Shown here piece by piece: positions 1 to 8,019 of a stretch of 64,000 nucleotides of DNA (positions are counted from its first letter, which is position 1; each line of letters opens with the position of its first letter). The DNA comes from an uncultured virus (IMG/VR IMGVR_UViG_3300025096_000011). Taxonomy: Duplodnaviria; Heunggongvirae; Uroviricota; Caudoviricetes. Under the pieces are notes generated by a model. It was given only the letters and a program-made list of their open reading frames with translations. It ran no database searches and was not told where the DNA came from. The translations under genes were made by a program, and so were the position numbers. The stretch lies in IMG/VR virus record IMGVR_UViG_3300025096_000011. One strand, written 5' to 3'.

Positions 1-85
1 CGGGTACATACTTAGCGCAGGTGATACACGGGGTGATGAACTTAACGCGCAAGCCGCGCCTCGGTGCTGTCTTTCTGTCGGCCAT
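1..85 (-). CDS. 5' part of a leftward early gene (MADRKTAPRRGLRVKFITPCITCAKYVP...), truncated by the window edge
   Basis: ATG at 85 on the minus strand, preceded by GGGAGG and the same CCTACCAACCAA leader as the rightward early genes; frame open to position 1; contains CxxC. Confidence 0.6.
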   Translation of the reverse strand, partial: MADRKTAPRRGLRVKFITPCITCAKYVP

Positions 86-135
86 GGTGGCCTCCCTTGG
101 TTGGTAGGTGCCGCGATTCATTCACGACTGACCCT

Positions 136-165
136 TAAGTAGTCACCCCATACCAAGGTGGCAAG
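136..165 (-). promoter_or_regulatory. sigma70-like promoter for the leftward early gene
   Basis: Minus strand TTGCCA-N17-TACTTA, overlapping a variant of the TACCACNNTGTCAAG motif. Confidence 0.5.
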
Positions 166-539
166 GGTTTATCTTGAGAAAGTTATTCTGTGTGCATGTC
201 AAGACTAACCCTCGAAGCTACCTCTAAGGCTTTACTTGAGCACAGCTATTGCCACTGCGTCAAGACTACCCCTCATGTAATCCCTCAAAGGTAACGCATG
301 AACCCTAACCTTGACACACCAACCCTCATGTATCACCTTAACCCTGGACTTGACGGTGCCTCGCGCGGGTACGTGTGTGTGAGTGTGTGTCCGGCGGGTA
401 TTCCGGCCGGCAGGCCGGCAGGCAGAGCGGCTTGCCGGCGGGGAGCGGCGGTGCGGCGGTGAACAGCTTGGTTCGGCAGAGTTACGGCTAACTCACAGAA
501 CACAACCGAGCAGAACAGAACGGTGAACGCCTGTTCAGT

Positions 540-1070
540 AACGGTTTAACCTTGGGAGGATTGACAAAATGGCACAGTGGATTGACGGATTGCCATATTG
601 TCACAGGTTTACGGATACATGCCATGTATCTTTTCATAACGCTCGTTCGATTATTATACATGCCATGTATAAGTTCAAACCGTTACACCTTTGGTACACC
701 CTTGATACACCCAAGGTGTAACATAACTATATAGGTTTAACCTTACTTATAAAGAAGTGTTACACCTGTTACACCTATTTTCATTTGGACATGGAACTCT
801 GGAGTGTGCGCACAGCGTAGCTGTAAACAGACAAGAAACGAAGCTGTGCACAGGTTCTGTGTATACCCTGCACCCCTCAAGGTGTAACACCCAGAGGTAT
901 AGCAGGTTAAACCTGGGATATGGTGGGACACCCAGGGTGTAACAGGGTGTAACAGGGTGTCAGCAAATGACCCAAAAGCCCAGCGATAACAAGCACTTGC
1001 GCTGGTACACCCAGGGTGTAACACCCCTAACCCTTGACAAGACAAGACTTATACATGCCATGTATCCGAA
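540..1070. repeat. array of short direct and inverted repeats (candidate origin, packaging or terminal region)
   Basis: Interrupted palindrome ATACATGCCATGTAT at 615-629, 656-670 and 1051-1065; many GGTGTAAC/GTTACACC copies including tandem CAGGGTGTAA at 933-960; inverted repeat at 562-574/591-603; no credible ORF. Confidence 0.75.
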
Positions 1071-1196
1071 GACGTACCGCACAACACGGCACAGAACAGC
1101 ACGAAAACGTACAGCACCGCAAGAAAGTTCAAAGAAAGTTCGTCAATGATTCCGCACACTTACAGCGATTCAACCAACTTTCTTAGGTATACCACC

Positions 1197-1224
1197 TTGT
1201 CATAGTTGAATAGGTGCATACATT
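1197..1224 (+). promoter_or_regulatory. early promoter 1
   Basis: TTGTCA-N16-TACATT upstream of a hairpin, CA-rich leader and ORF 1283. Confidence 0.5.
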
Positions 1225-1282
1225 CTTGGGGAGGGCAGGTTGAAAACCGGCCTACCCACTACCCACCAACCAAGGAAGACCC

Positions 1283-1534
1283 ATGGGCACGATAGCCTAC
1301 AAAGAAACCGAGAGTCAGCTAATCTACTCACCGCTATGGTGGCACGAGCAAGGACGCATGCAGACCACTACTGGTTACGGTAGCAAGCTGACCACAGCCT
1401 ACAAGGTCGAGCACAATGGCCGACTGTACCGCGTTTACTGTGTGTGCTTTAGTAACTCGGGCACGCTTTACATCTTGCCCGGTGGCGAGCCACTGTATCT
1501 CTCATGCCGTAACACCCACTATCCGGAGGCGTAA
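1283..1534 (+). CDS. hypothetical early protein
   Basis: 83 aa, AAGGA RBS after the conserved leader; first gene of a tightly packed run. Confidence 0.75.
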   Translation: MGTIAYKETESQLIYSPLWWHEQGRMQTTTGYGSKLTTAYKVEHNGRLYRVYCVCFSNSGTLYILPGGEPLYLSCRNTHYPEA

Positions 1535-1536
1535 CC

Positions 1537-1734
1537 GTGACAGACAAACAAAAATACGAATGGCACACAAGTCAAAAGTGGTTTTGGTATAGCCGGTACA
1601 AACGAACCATGACTGACGCAGGCTTAGCTAACATGCCCGCAGCTTACCGCGTAAAGCACGCACCCTTAAAAGCAAAACGTCTCACCCGTCTCATCCAACA
1701 CCATCACCGCCTTGCGTATCAATACTCGGAGTAA
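1537..1734 (+). CDS. hypothetical early protein (basic)
   Basis: GGAGG RBS; 2 nt after the previous stop. Confidence 0.65.
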   Translation: MTDKQKYEWHTSQKWFWYSRYKRTMTDAGLANMPAAYRVKHAPLKAKRLTRLIQHHHRLAYQYSE

Positions 1735-1736
1735 CC

Positions 1737-2141
1737 ATGCCACAGCAAGACTACATCGACCAAGAGTTAAACCGTCACCATAACAAAGTTAAGCGTATGC
1801 GTGCACGCCAAACACGCCATGAACGCCTTGAACGCCTTGAGAATATGGCAGACTTAATGGCGCGTATGCAGTTCATCGACGCTTATATCCGTGACTGTGA
1901 ATCAGTTATGCGTGCTGACTTCGGCTTTGCTTCGTATCATCTATTCTGGCAGGTGATTGACAATCACCCGCGCATGAATCACGTTGCCTACCTTGCACAG
2001 CTTGTTGCTATTGCACACAACGTGGTCCCCGAGGATGCAAGGCGCATCTATAACAAGCTGCCAGTAAGCCATCGTGAAGCATTGAACGCACGCATCCAAC
2101 AAGAGATAGCTGACGCTACGAAAGCAAGGGAGCAAGCATGA
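1737..2141 (+). CDS. hypothetical early protein
   Basis: GGAG RBS; helical 134-aa ORF with ATGA overlap to the next gene. Confidence 0.7.
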   Translation: MPQQDYIDQELNRHHNKVKRMRARQTRHERLERLENMADLMARMQFIDAYIRDCESVMRADFGFASYHLFWQVIDNHPRMNHVAYLAQLVAIAHNVVPEDARRIYNKLPVSHREALNARIQQEIADATKAREQA

Positions 2142-2383
2142 TTCGAGGAACCGCATACTTTCCTACGCTTAGCGCAGCAGTCTCATACTACAGGCCGTAC
2201 GGTTACACCAGCACGGGTGATGACGGCGTAACAAGAGACAACACAGCTAACGCTGTCCGGTACAAAATAGATACGGGGTTAATCCATATCGGTAAGCCCC
2301 CGACCAAGCCGGACGAGCGGGCCTACATCGTTAATGAGAAACCCGGTCAGCGTTACTACGTCGAAACCCTGGAGCAAGCATGA
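2138..2383 (+). CDS. hypothetical early protein
   Basis: GGAGCAAGCATGA junction at both ends. Confidence 0.7.
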   Translation: MIRGTAYFPTLSAAVSYYRPYGYTSTGDDGVTRDNTANAVRYKIDTGLIHIGKPPTKPDERAYIVNEKPGQRYYVETLEQA

Positions 2384-2610
2384 ACCCCGTCGAAGCCCTT
2401 GATACCTTCCTGTCCTACAGTAAACCGTCACAGGTAACCACCAAAGTATGGCTCGCCCTACCGTTAGCCGGCGCAACCATGGAATCGTTCTTGCGGTTCT
2501 GTAGCCTACCGGAAGCAAAGCAAAAGGAAGTGATGCCCAAGCTACAGTATGCAGCCGGGGTACTCCGGTACGGTAGAGACAGTGAGTACAATGAGCCGGT
2601 GAGACTCTGA
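2380..2610 (+). CDS. hypothetical early protein
   Basis: ATGA overlap with GGAG RBS; followed by a terminator. Confidence 0.65.
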   Translation: MNPVEALDTFLSYSKPSQVTTKVWLALPLAGATMESFLRFCSLPEAKQKEVMPKLQYAAGVLRYGRDSEYNEPVRL

Positions 2611-2624
2611 ACCCAACCGCTTTA

Positions 2625-2650
2625 GGGGAGCGTTATCCCCAACATTTTTT
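2625..2650 (+). terminator. intrinsic terminator
   Basis: GGGGA-gcgtta-TCCCC hairpin followed by AACATTTTTT. Confidence 0.5.
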
Positions 2651-2661
2651 GAGAAACCCCC

Positions 2662-2689
2662 TTGACTTTTATACCACGGTGTCAAGATT
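2662..2689 (+). promoter_or_regulatory. early promoter 2
   Basis: TTGACT-N16-AAGATT with TATACCACGGTGTC in the spacer; same layout as the promoter at 5445. Confidence 0.55.
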
Positions 2690-2737
2690 CTTATTGAGGG
2701 CGGGAGCCTTCACCTACCAACAACCAACGAGGGAACC

Positions 2738-3421
2738 ATGACCTACGATAACGAATACGAAGACACGTCCGATGAGGCTACTGTGATTGAGCCGGTGAGT
2801 ATTGAGCCGGTGAAGCCTGCGCAAAAGTACATGGGCCACCTACCGCTTGAGATTGCTAAGGCCATGAAGCCTATCATCATGGGCAAGCATGCGGGCAGTC
2901 AGCCTTCGCTCACACAGATTTACTGTGAGGCTATCGACGACGAACGCAAAGACAAGCACAGTAAGCTGGGTCGTGCCCGGTACATAGCTACCAATGGCAA
3001 CGTAATGCTGACCATCGAAACTAACGTAGCCGCACCCACGGAGCCGGTGGTGTTCAGCGCAGAGCCTAACCCTGACAAGTACGTTGGTAACGATAGCGAC
3101 GTAAGCATCGTGATTGCATCCAAGGGTCACGTGGCTGTCAGCGGTGAGGATGCCGCGAGTGCTCGCCATAAGTTTCCTGACGTTAGTGTGCTCCGGTTGG
3201 ATGCAGAAGGTTCATTGAAGCGAGTAGGGCTTAACTCCGGTTACCTTCACATGCTCCAGGGTATCAACACGGCGCTCAAGTTGGGCCGTGATTGTAACTG
3301 GTCGGTGCGGTTTACCGGTGACGAGTGCGACCCTACTGTATGGGAGCCGACTGGAGCAAGTGATCTTAGTTACGGCGTAACGTCAGTACAGTTTGTCATC
3401 ATGCCAGTTCGGTTGGACTGA
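2738..3421 (+). CDS. DNA polymerase III beta sliding-clamp-like protein (shortened)
   Basis: Motifs in DnaN order: IATNGNVML (cf. ATDGHRL), KFPDV, VGLNSGYL (cf. GFNxxYL) and C-terminal FVIMPVRL. Confidence 0.6.
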   Translation: MTYDNEYEDTSDEATVIEPVSIEPVKPAQKYMGHLPLEIAKAMKPIIMGKHAGSQPSLTQIYCEAIDDERKDKHSKLGRARYIATNGNVMLTIETNVAAPTEPVVFSAEPNPDKYVGNDSDVSIVIASKGHVAVSGEDAASARHKFPDVSVLRLDAEGSLKRVGLNSGYLHMLQGINTALKLGRDCNWSVRFTGDECDPTVWEPTGASDLSYGVTSVQFVIMPVRLD

Positions 3422-3501
3422 CAGGTACGTGGGGAGCGGACTGGTCGCCCGCATTAACAAAGCGACCACCATCTACCATTCACAAAACAAGGGAGCCTAT
3501 C

Positions 3502-4083
3502 ATGTCAGTAGTTCACGTTCATACGTTTATCAAACGTCAAACAGCCGACTCTCGGTTCAGCCACACGAAGCTAACGCTTGACGAGTTAGCAGCCGAAGCG
3601 CTTGCTAACATTGACAACGCAAAGCCGAGTAGTTTTCAACCCCTCGCGCTTGAGGTACCAGTCAACCCGTCACACTGCCGTACAAGTACCGTCACGCTTA
3701 ATGGTGGCGACGAGTTGGTCGCCTCGTTCGCGAGTCGTCGCGATGGTGAGGCACCGCGTATGGTAGTCGAGGCGCGAGCAAGCGAGGCAGCAGGCGCGTG
3801 CAAGATGCCAGCTAAGTCAGCGTGCGCGATTCTATTCCCATCTACCCTGCTTGCTGAAACCGGTGACAACGAACTTGAGCCGGTGGAGGGTAACTGGGAG
3901 ATGATTAGTCTGAACGCCAGCCCGACCGAAGAAGCTACCCCGATTGCACCTGATACCCTTATGCACAACCACTTCGGCAGTGACGGCGGTACGGCTACTG
4001 GCTTGAGTGATGCTGACTTTGTTGCTGCATTGCGGGAGTCGTTCACATTCTGGAAAGACAAAGCCATGCTTGGAGGTGAGTGA
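3502..4083 (+). CDS. DUF3228-like protein
   Basis: WEMISLNASPTEEATPIAPDTLMHN...GGT...SFTFWKDKA resembles the recalled DUF3228 C-terminal pattern. Confidence 0.65.
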   Translation: MSVVHVHTFIKRQTADSRFSHTKLTLDELAAEALANIDNAKPSSFQPLALEVPVNPSHCRTSTVTLNGGDELVASFASRRDGEAPRMVVEARASEAAGACKMPAKSACAILFPSTLLAETGDNELEPVEGNWEMISLNASPTEEATPIAPDTLMHNHFGSDGGTATGLSDADFVAALRESFTFWKDKAMLGGE

Positions 4084-4343
4084 TGCCGACTGATACCTAC
4101 GAATGGACTGAGGTTAAACCCGAAGATTGTGTCTACCCCGGCAGTCGACTGGTAGGCTACTATTCCTGCCGCCTTGGTCCTGGTCCAGAGGACATAGTGT
4201 TGTACCGGAAACCCGGCAAGCGCCCTATGTATTTTGCTACCGTATCTCATCCCATATATTATCGGTCCAAAGACCGACCGACAATCGAAGGGGCAATCTC
4301 CAATCTTAATCAGAAACGTTCAGCACACAAGGGAGGTGAGTGA
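4083..4343 (+). CDS. hypothetical early protein (cassette)
   Basis: Bounded by GGAGGTGAGTGATG junctions. Confidence 0.75.
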   Translation: MPTDTYEWTEVKPEDCVYPGSRLVGYYSCRLGPGPEDIVLYRKPGKRPMYFATVSHPIYYRSKDRPTIEGAISNLNQKRSAHKGGE

Positions 4344-4609
4344 TGCAGTTGGTTCAAACGGTAAGCCAACGCCAAACGTCAGCCGGTAAGGTTCGCATAC
4401 TGAGTGCTAAGTTTGAGGTACCCAAAAGTAGAATGTCACGTAGCGCTTCGTGGGACATGTGCAGATTGCAAGGCGAGCGCAACGGTATACCGCAGCACGC
4501 ATGGACAAAATGCCACGGTGACGGAATGTGGAAGTGGTACACATGCACTTTTCGAGAGTTCAAAGTTCGTAGCTTTATGCACAGTAAACGTAAACAGGGA
4601 GGTGAATGA
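4343..4609 (+). CDS. hypothetical early protein (cassette)
   Basis: Bounded by GGAGGTGA(G/A)TGATG junctions. Confidence 0.75.
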   Translation: MQLVQTVSQRQTSAGKVRILSAKFEVPKSRMSRSASWDMCRLQGERNGIPQHAWTKCHGDGMWKWYTCTFREFKVRSFMHSKRKQGGE

Positions 4610-4995
4610 TGCGATGGGATCTAACGCAGATCGAGGACTACAAGGACAAGTGCTTCCGGCCCGCAGGGAAGTACGAGGATTCAGATGACGGGTACGTGGT
4701 CAAGCTGACGACTGAGCGAGTCATCTACGCATGTGAGGCCGTGGAGATGTCAGGCATCACGCCGGACAATGTAGATGAGTTTTACACCCGCTACCTCATG
4801 TTCAGCCGAGCAATCCGACGTGGTTCAAGGGACCAGTGGCTCACACTCGCGGACATTGAGAATCACATCGGAATCTGCACGAACGTGGGCACGAAGTCGT
4901 GGGAGCATTTTGATGAGAGGATCAGCAGGATCATGCGGGAAGAGGCCGAAAGGCAAGTCAACCGAGAGCGCGGTGAAGCGCAAGGAGGTGAGTGA
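4609..4995 (+). CDS. hypothetical early protein (cassette)
   Basis: Bounded by the conserved junctions; globular-looking ORF. Confidence 0.8.
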   Translation: MRWDLTQIEDYKDKCFRPAGKYEDSDDGYVVKLTTERVIYACEAVEMSGITPDNVDEFYTRYLMFSRAIRRGSRDQWLTLADIENHIGICTNVGTKSWEHFDERISRIMREEAERQVNRERGEAQGGE

Positions 4996-5204
4996 TGCCC
5001 AAATACAACGTACACTGCACGACAACAGTTGAGATATACGCAACCATTGAGGCCGATAACCATGATGAGGCAAAGCACATGGCTGCTAACATTACGATTG
5101 TAAACTATGCCGATAAAACGGTAGGCGCCGAGACAGACGATGGTGAGATAACCGAAGTCATCGGCCATGAGGTAGCCGGTGTCACGATCATAGGAGGTGA
5201 GTGA
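4995..5204 (+). CDS. small acidic early protein (cassette)
   Basis: Bounded by the conserved junctions; YNVHCTTTVEIYATIEADNHDEAKHMA. Confidence 0.75.
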   Translation: MPKYNVHCTTTVEIYATIEADNHDEAKHMAANITIVNYADKTVGAETDDGEITEVIGHEVAGVTIIGGE

Positions 5205-5440
5205 TGACGAGATTCATACACATAAGTAGCTACGAACGCTACCGACAGAGCCGAACTGAGTGGCTAAATGTTAGTCTCATTCAATCTGTATACGCAGAGA
5301 TTGAAGGGGGTAGCTTCGGGGGACTAACTACAATCGTTATGCTTGGCGGTTTTGGACCTAAGGGTACTGACATTGTGCGAACGATTCGTACGAAGGAAAC
5401 TCCTGATTCATTCTTCCAAAGAATGAACAAGCTGATATAG
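5204..5440 (+). CDS. hypothetical early protein (cassette)
   Basis: Starts at a conserved junction and ends just before promoter 3. Confidence 0.7.
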   Translation: MTRFIHISSYERYRQSRTEWLNVSLIQSVYAEIEGGSFGGLTTIVMLGGFGPKGTDIVRTIRTKETPDSFFQRMNKLI

Positions 5441-5444
5441 GGGG

Positions 5445-5472
5445 TTGACATCTATACCACCGTGTCTATATT
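5445..5472 (+). promoter_or_regulatory. early promoter 3
   Basis: TTGACA-N16-TATATT with TATACCACCGTGTC in the spacer. Confidence 0.7.
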
Positions 5473-5523
5473 TTATACTGGGTGATTCATCATCCATCTA
5501 CCAACCAACAAGGGAGCAAGGCC

Positions 5524-5964
5524 ATGAGCCAAGACGACAATACGCTTGAGAACCTACCAGTTGACGCAGTGATAGCGCTGTCCAAGCTGGCCGACAAGGG
5601 TACCAAAGAGTGCAAGTCAGCACGCAAGTACATCCAGCCGGGGCGTACGTACAGAGGTAGCCTGCTGCTTGACTTGCACTATGAGTTGCACTCGGCGCCA
5701 CCAGGCAAGGATGCAGCCATTCCGTTGAACGCATGGGCTATCCTGGCCGCAGTGCTCGACACACCAGACGGTGTAGAGATTGTGCAGGATGCAGCGGAGC
5801 GAGCGCACCACTATCGCGAGAGCCTGGGTCACGTAAAGCAGGTGGCCAAGGACGCATCGACGGAAACGTGGGTGTTCACACGACCAGGCAGTATGCGTAT
5901 CACAGTTAAGAATGACTTGCGCGAAGCTGTATCAGAGCAACACAACAAAGCTGGAGGTGAGTGA
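5524..5964 (+). CDS. hypothetical early protein
   Basis: ATG 5524 follows the CA-rich leader and GGGAG; protein ends in GGE. Confidence 0.75.
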   Translation: MSQDDNTLENLPVDAVIALSKLADKGTKECKSARKYIQPGRTYRGSLLLDLHYELHSAPPGKDAAIPLNAWAILAAVLDTPDGVEIVQDAAERAHHYRESLGHVKQVAKDASTETWVFTRPGSMRITVKNDLREAVSEQHNKAGGE

Positions 5965-6383
5965 TGTTGGTTGTCGAGGTCAAAGACAAGATGACGAAAG
6001 GCGGCAGGCTCGTTTATAAATGGAAAGTCATAGACATGAACATGACGCTATCCGAGTTCACGGCCATGCGAAAAACGCTGGCCGAGAAGTTGCCTCAGTT
6101 CTATTCAACAACCTCTAAGTTTCAAATCGGGAGTGCGAATGGCTTTAGCTTGGACCTTATGCACTTGCTTGGATGGATTGAAAAGAATGACGCACCAGCG
6201 ATGCGGAAGAAAGCCTACAAAGTCATAGCCGGCAACGTTCAAGTGATGGCCCCGGTCATGTTTCAATACCCCGCTACATACCAGTGCAGGGTGACGCATG
6301 TAGATGGCGTGAAGCTAAAGCACCGGAAGTGCTTTCCAGAGCAGACATACAGTAAGTGGCTGCGCGAGCAGGGAGGTGAGTGA
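5964..6383 (+). CDS. hypothetical early protein (cassette)
   Basis: Bounded by the conserved junctions. Confidence 0.75.
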   Translation: MLVVEVKDKMTKGGRLVYKWKVIDMNMTLSEFTAMRKTLAEKLPQFYSTTSKFQIGSANGFSLDLMHLLGWIEKNDAPAMRKKAYKVIAGNVQVMAPVMFQYPATYQCRVTHVDGVKLKHRKCFPEQTYSKWLREQGGE

Positions 6384-6949
6384 TGACTAAAAGATGGCAA
6401 GGACCAGAGCACCAATACTCAGAGGCTCAACGGGCCTACGAACAGCGCGAAGAACACCGCCATGAAGTCTGGAAGGAAAACAATCCAGAGTGCCAAAGGG
6501 CTATCAGTGAACACTCTACGTGCAATCATCGTGAACATGTAGACAAGATGACCGATATGGGTGGAGAGGTTTGGTGTACTCATTGTGTCAGTGAACACAC
6601 GTTCGAATGTGAGGTATGCGACGAGGTTCACTCTGATGAATACTTGGCTAACGTGGATCTAACTTTGGGTGAGTATATATGTACTGACTGCGACGAGAAG
6701 TGTGCGGCTGACAAGACACGCCATCATGCTCCGGTAGAGATAGGCATTGGTCACATGGAATACATACTGTGGGTGATGGGTAACGCTGCGAAAGACAAGC
6801 CGTATGAGTCCAAGCCAGGGAACGCAAAGAAGTGGTTGAAGGAAGGCATCGACCTAATCAAAAAGTCAATGCCCGATGCAGACCATGAGGCAACCAACGA
6901 TGTGATGGATGCTCTATCAGAGTCAATGAATCCGGTAGGGGGTGAGTGA
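6383..6949 (+). CDS. zinc-finger-containing early protein (cassette)
   Basis: CTHC, CEVC and CTDC pairs; bounded by the conserved junctions. Confidence 0.7.
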   Translation: MTKRWQGPEHQYSEAQRAYEQREEHRHEVWKENNPECQRAISEHSTCNHREHVDKMTDMGGEVWCTHCVSEHTFECEVCDEVHSDEYLANVDLTLGEYICTDCDEKCAADKTRHHAPVEIGIGHMEYILWVMGNAAKDKPYESKPGNAKKWLKEGIDLIKKSMPDADHEATNDVMDALSESMNPVGGE

Positions 6950-7323
6950 TGAGTAGCTGGGAGAAAGTAATACCGTCCATCCCGCTTGTGCCTGGGGTGC
7001 CCGTCATTCCGGTGGTCGCTGGGTGCGGAACCAAGTCTGTACCTGTGCTGGGGTCAGGGCGTGGCGGTCATACAATCAAGGTGATGACTGAGAAAGATGG
7101 GCCGCTGACAACCAAGGCAACGAACTGGCGAGTAGATTTAAACAATCCATTGGGTTTCATGTACGCGCTCATGTGGCTCTACAATGAGTACGCAAATGAC
7201 TGCTACTGGCCACCATTGTTTGACGGGCGCGTCGATGTGATGCGCGGAGACTACAACGATAGAGACATTTCAAAACTGGCTCACGCTATGCGTGATGTCG
7301 CAACCAAGAGGGAGAAAGCATGA
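6949..7323 (+). CDS. hypothetical early protein (cassette)
   Basis: Starts at GGGGGTGAGTGATG and ends at GGAGAAAGCATGA. Confidence 0.7.
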   Translation: MSSWEKVIPSIPLVPGVPVIPVVAGCGTKSVPVLGSGRGGHTIKVMTEKDGPLTTKATNWRVDLNNPLGFMYALMWLYNEYANDCYWPPLFDGRVDVMRGDYNDRDISKLAHAMRDVATKREKA

Positions 7324-7535
7324 CAGACGAAAGAGGACCACCAACCATGGGGCAGTTGAAAAGAATGAAAAACTGGATGGAGCACCTGTCTAAACCAGGA
7401 CCAAAAGTTGTTTTCCGTAACAAGAGCGGTGTTGAGACGTCTCAACCCTATCCAGAAGAGGGGCGCCAGGAAGCAGTGAAAGCGTTAAAAGAGATTAACG
7501 CGATGATTGCAGAGCGTGAAAAGGCGGAAGCATAA
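7320..7535 (+). CDS. hypothetical early protein
   Basis: ATGA overlap, GGAG RBS. Confidence 0.65.
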   Translation: MTDERGPPTMGQLKRMKNWMEHLSKPGPKVVFRNKSGVETSQPYPEEGRQEAVKALKEINAMIAEREKAEA

Positions 7536-7840
7536 TGTCAATCGAACAGTACACATATACAGCCGGCGGGGATGTCGGAGTCAAGGAACACGAGGATGGT
7601 TCTGTGGAATCACTGCATGGCTTTAGCGCTATGGGTGAAGAAACAAAGTACATCGTGTTGCCGGATGAAATGGGTGGCGGGCAGATAGACATTGTTCATC
7701 GTATGAAACACGCGTGTCCAATGGAAGACTGCGAAAAAGAACACGACATGGTTGTCTTGGCGCCTACCAAGGATGAGTCGCCAGAGCAGTTAGCTGTAGT
7801 TGAGTGTCAAACGCATGGCTTCTTGTGGTGTACGCTGTGA
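7535..7840 (+). CDS. hypothetical protein, possible Zn-binding
   Basis: TAATG overlap; CPMEDC and CQTHG motifs. Confidence 0.65.
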   Translation: MSIEQYTYTAGGDVGVKEHEDGSVESLHGFSAMGEETKYIVLPDEMGGGQIDIVHRMKHACPMEDCEKEHDMVVLAPTKDESPEQLAVVECQTHGFLWCTL

Positions 7841-8019
7841 TACTCACAAGCTACGTAGCTGGTCCATACTTTCCGAGGTACTACACTTACTGCGTTGACT
7901 GTAACGAACACCTGGGACCATTCCTGACAAAGAAGAATGTTAAGTCACGCTGCTTCAACTGCGGTGTTGCTGACCGCGCCAAGAAACTGAGAGCCAAGAG
8001 ACGGAGAGGGAAGACGTGA
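7837..8019 (+). CDS. small Zn-ribbon protein
   Basis: GTGA overlap; CVDC and CFNC pairs, basic tail. Confidence 0.6.
   Translation: MILTSYVAGPYFPRYYTYCVDCNEHLGPFLTKKNVKSRCFNCGVADRAKKLRAKRRRGKT

Noticed and set aside
552..1149. Short ORFs 552-734, 743-1045, 757-942 and 967-1149
   Set aside because: They lie in the repeat field, lack an RBS and merely translate the repeats.
4072..6951. CRISPR array or integron attC sites at the repeated junctions
   Set aside because: Repeats are only 14 nt, non-palindromic and separated by whole genes of about 200-760 nt. No cas1 or integron integrase is present.
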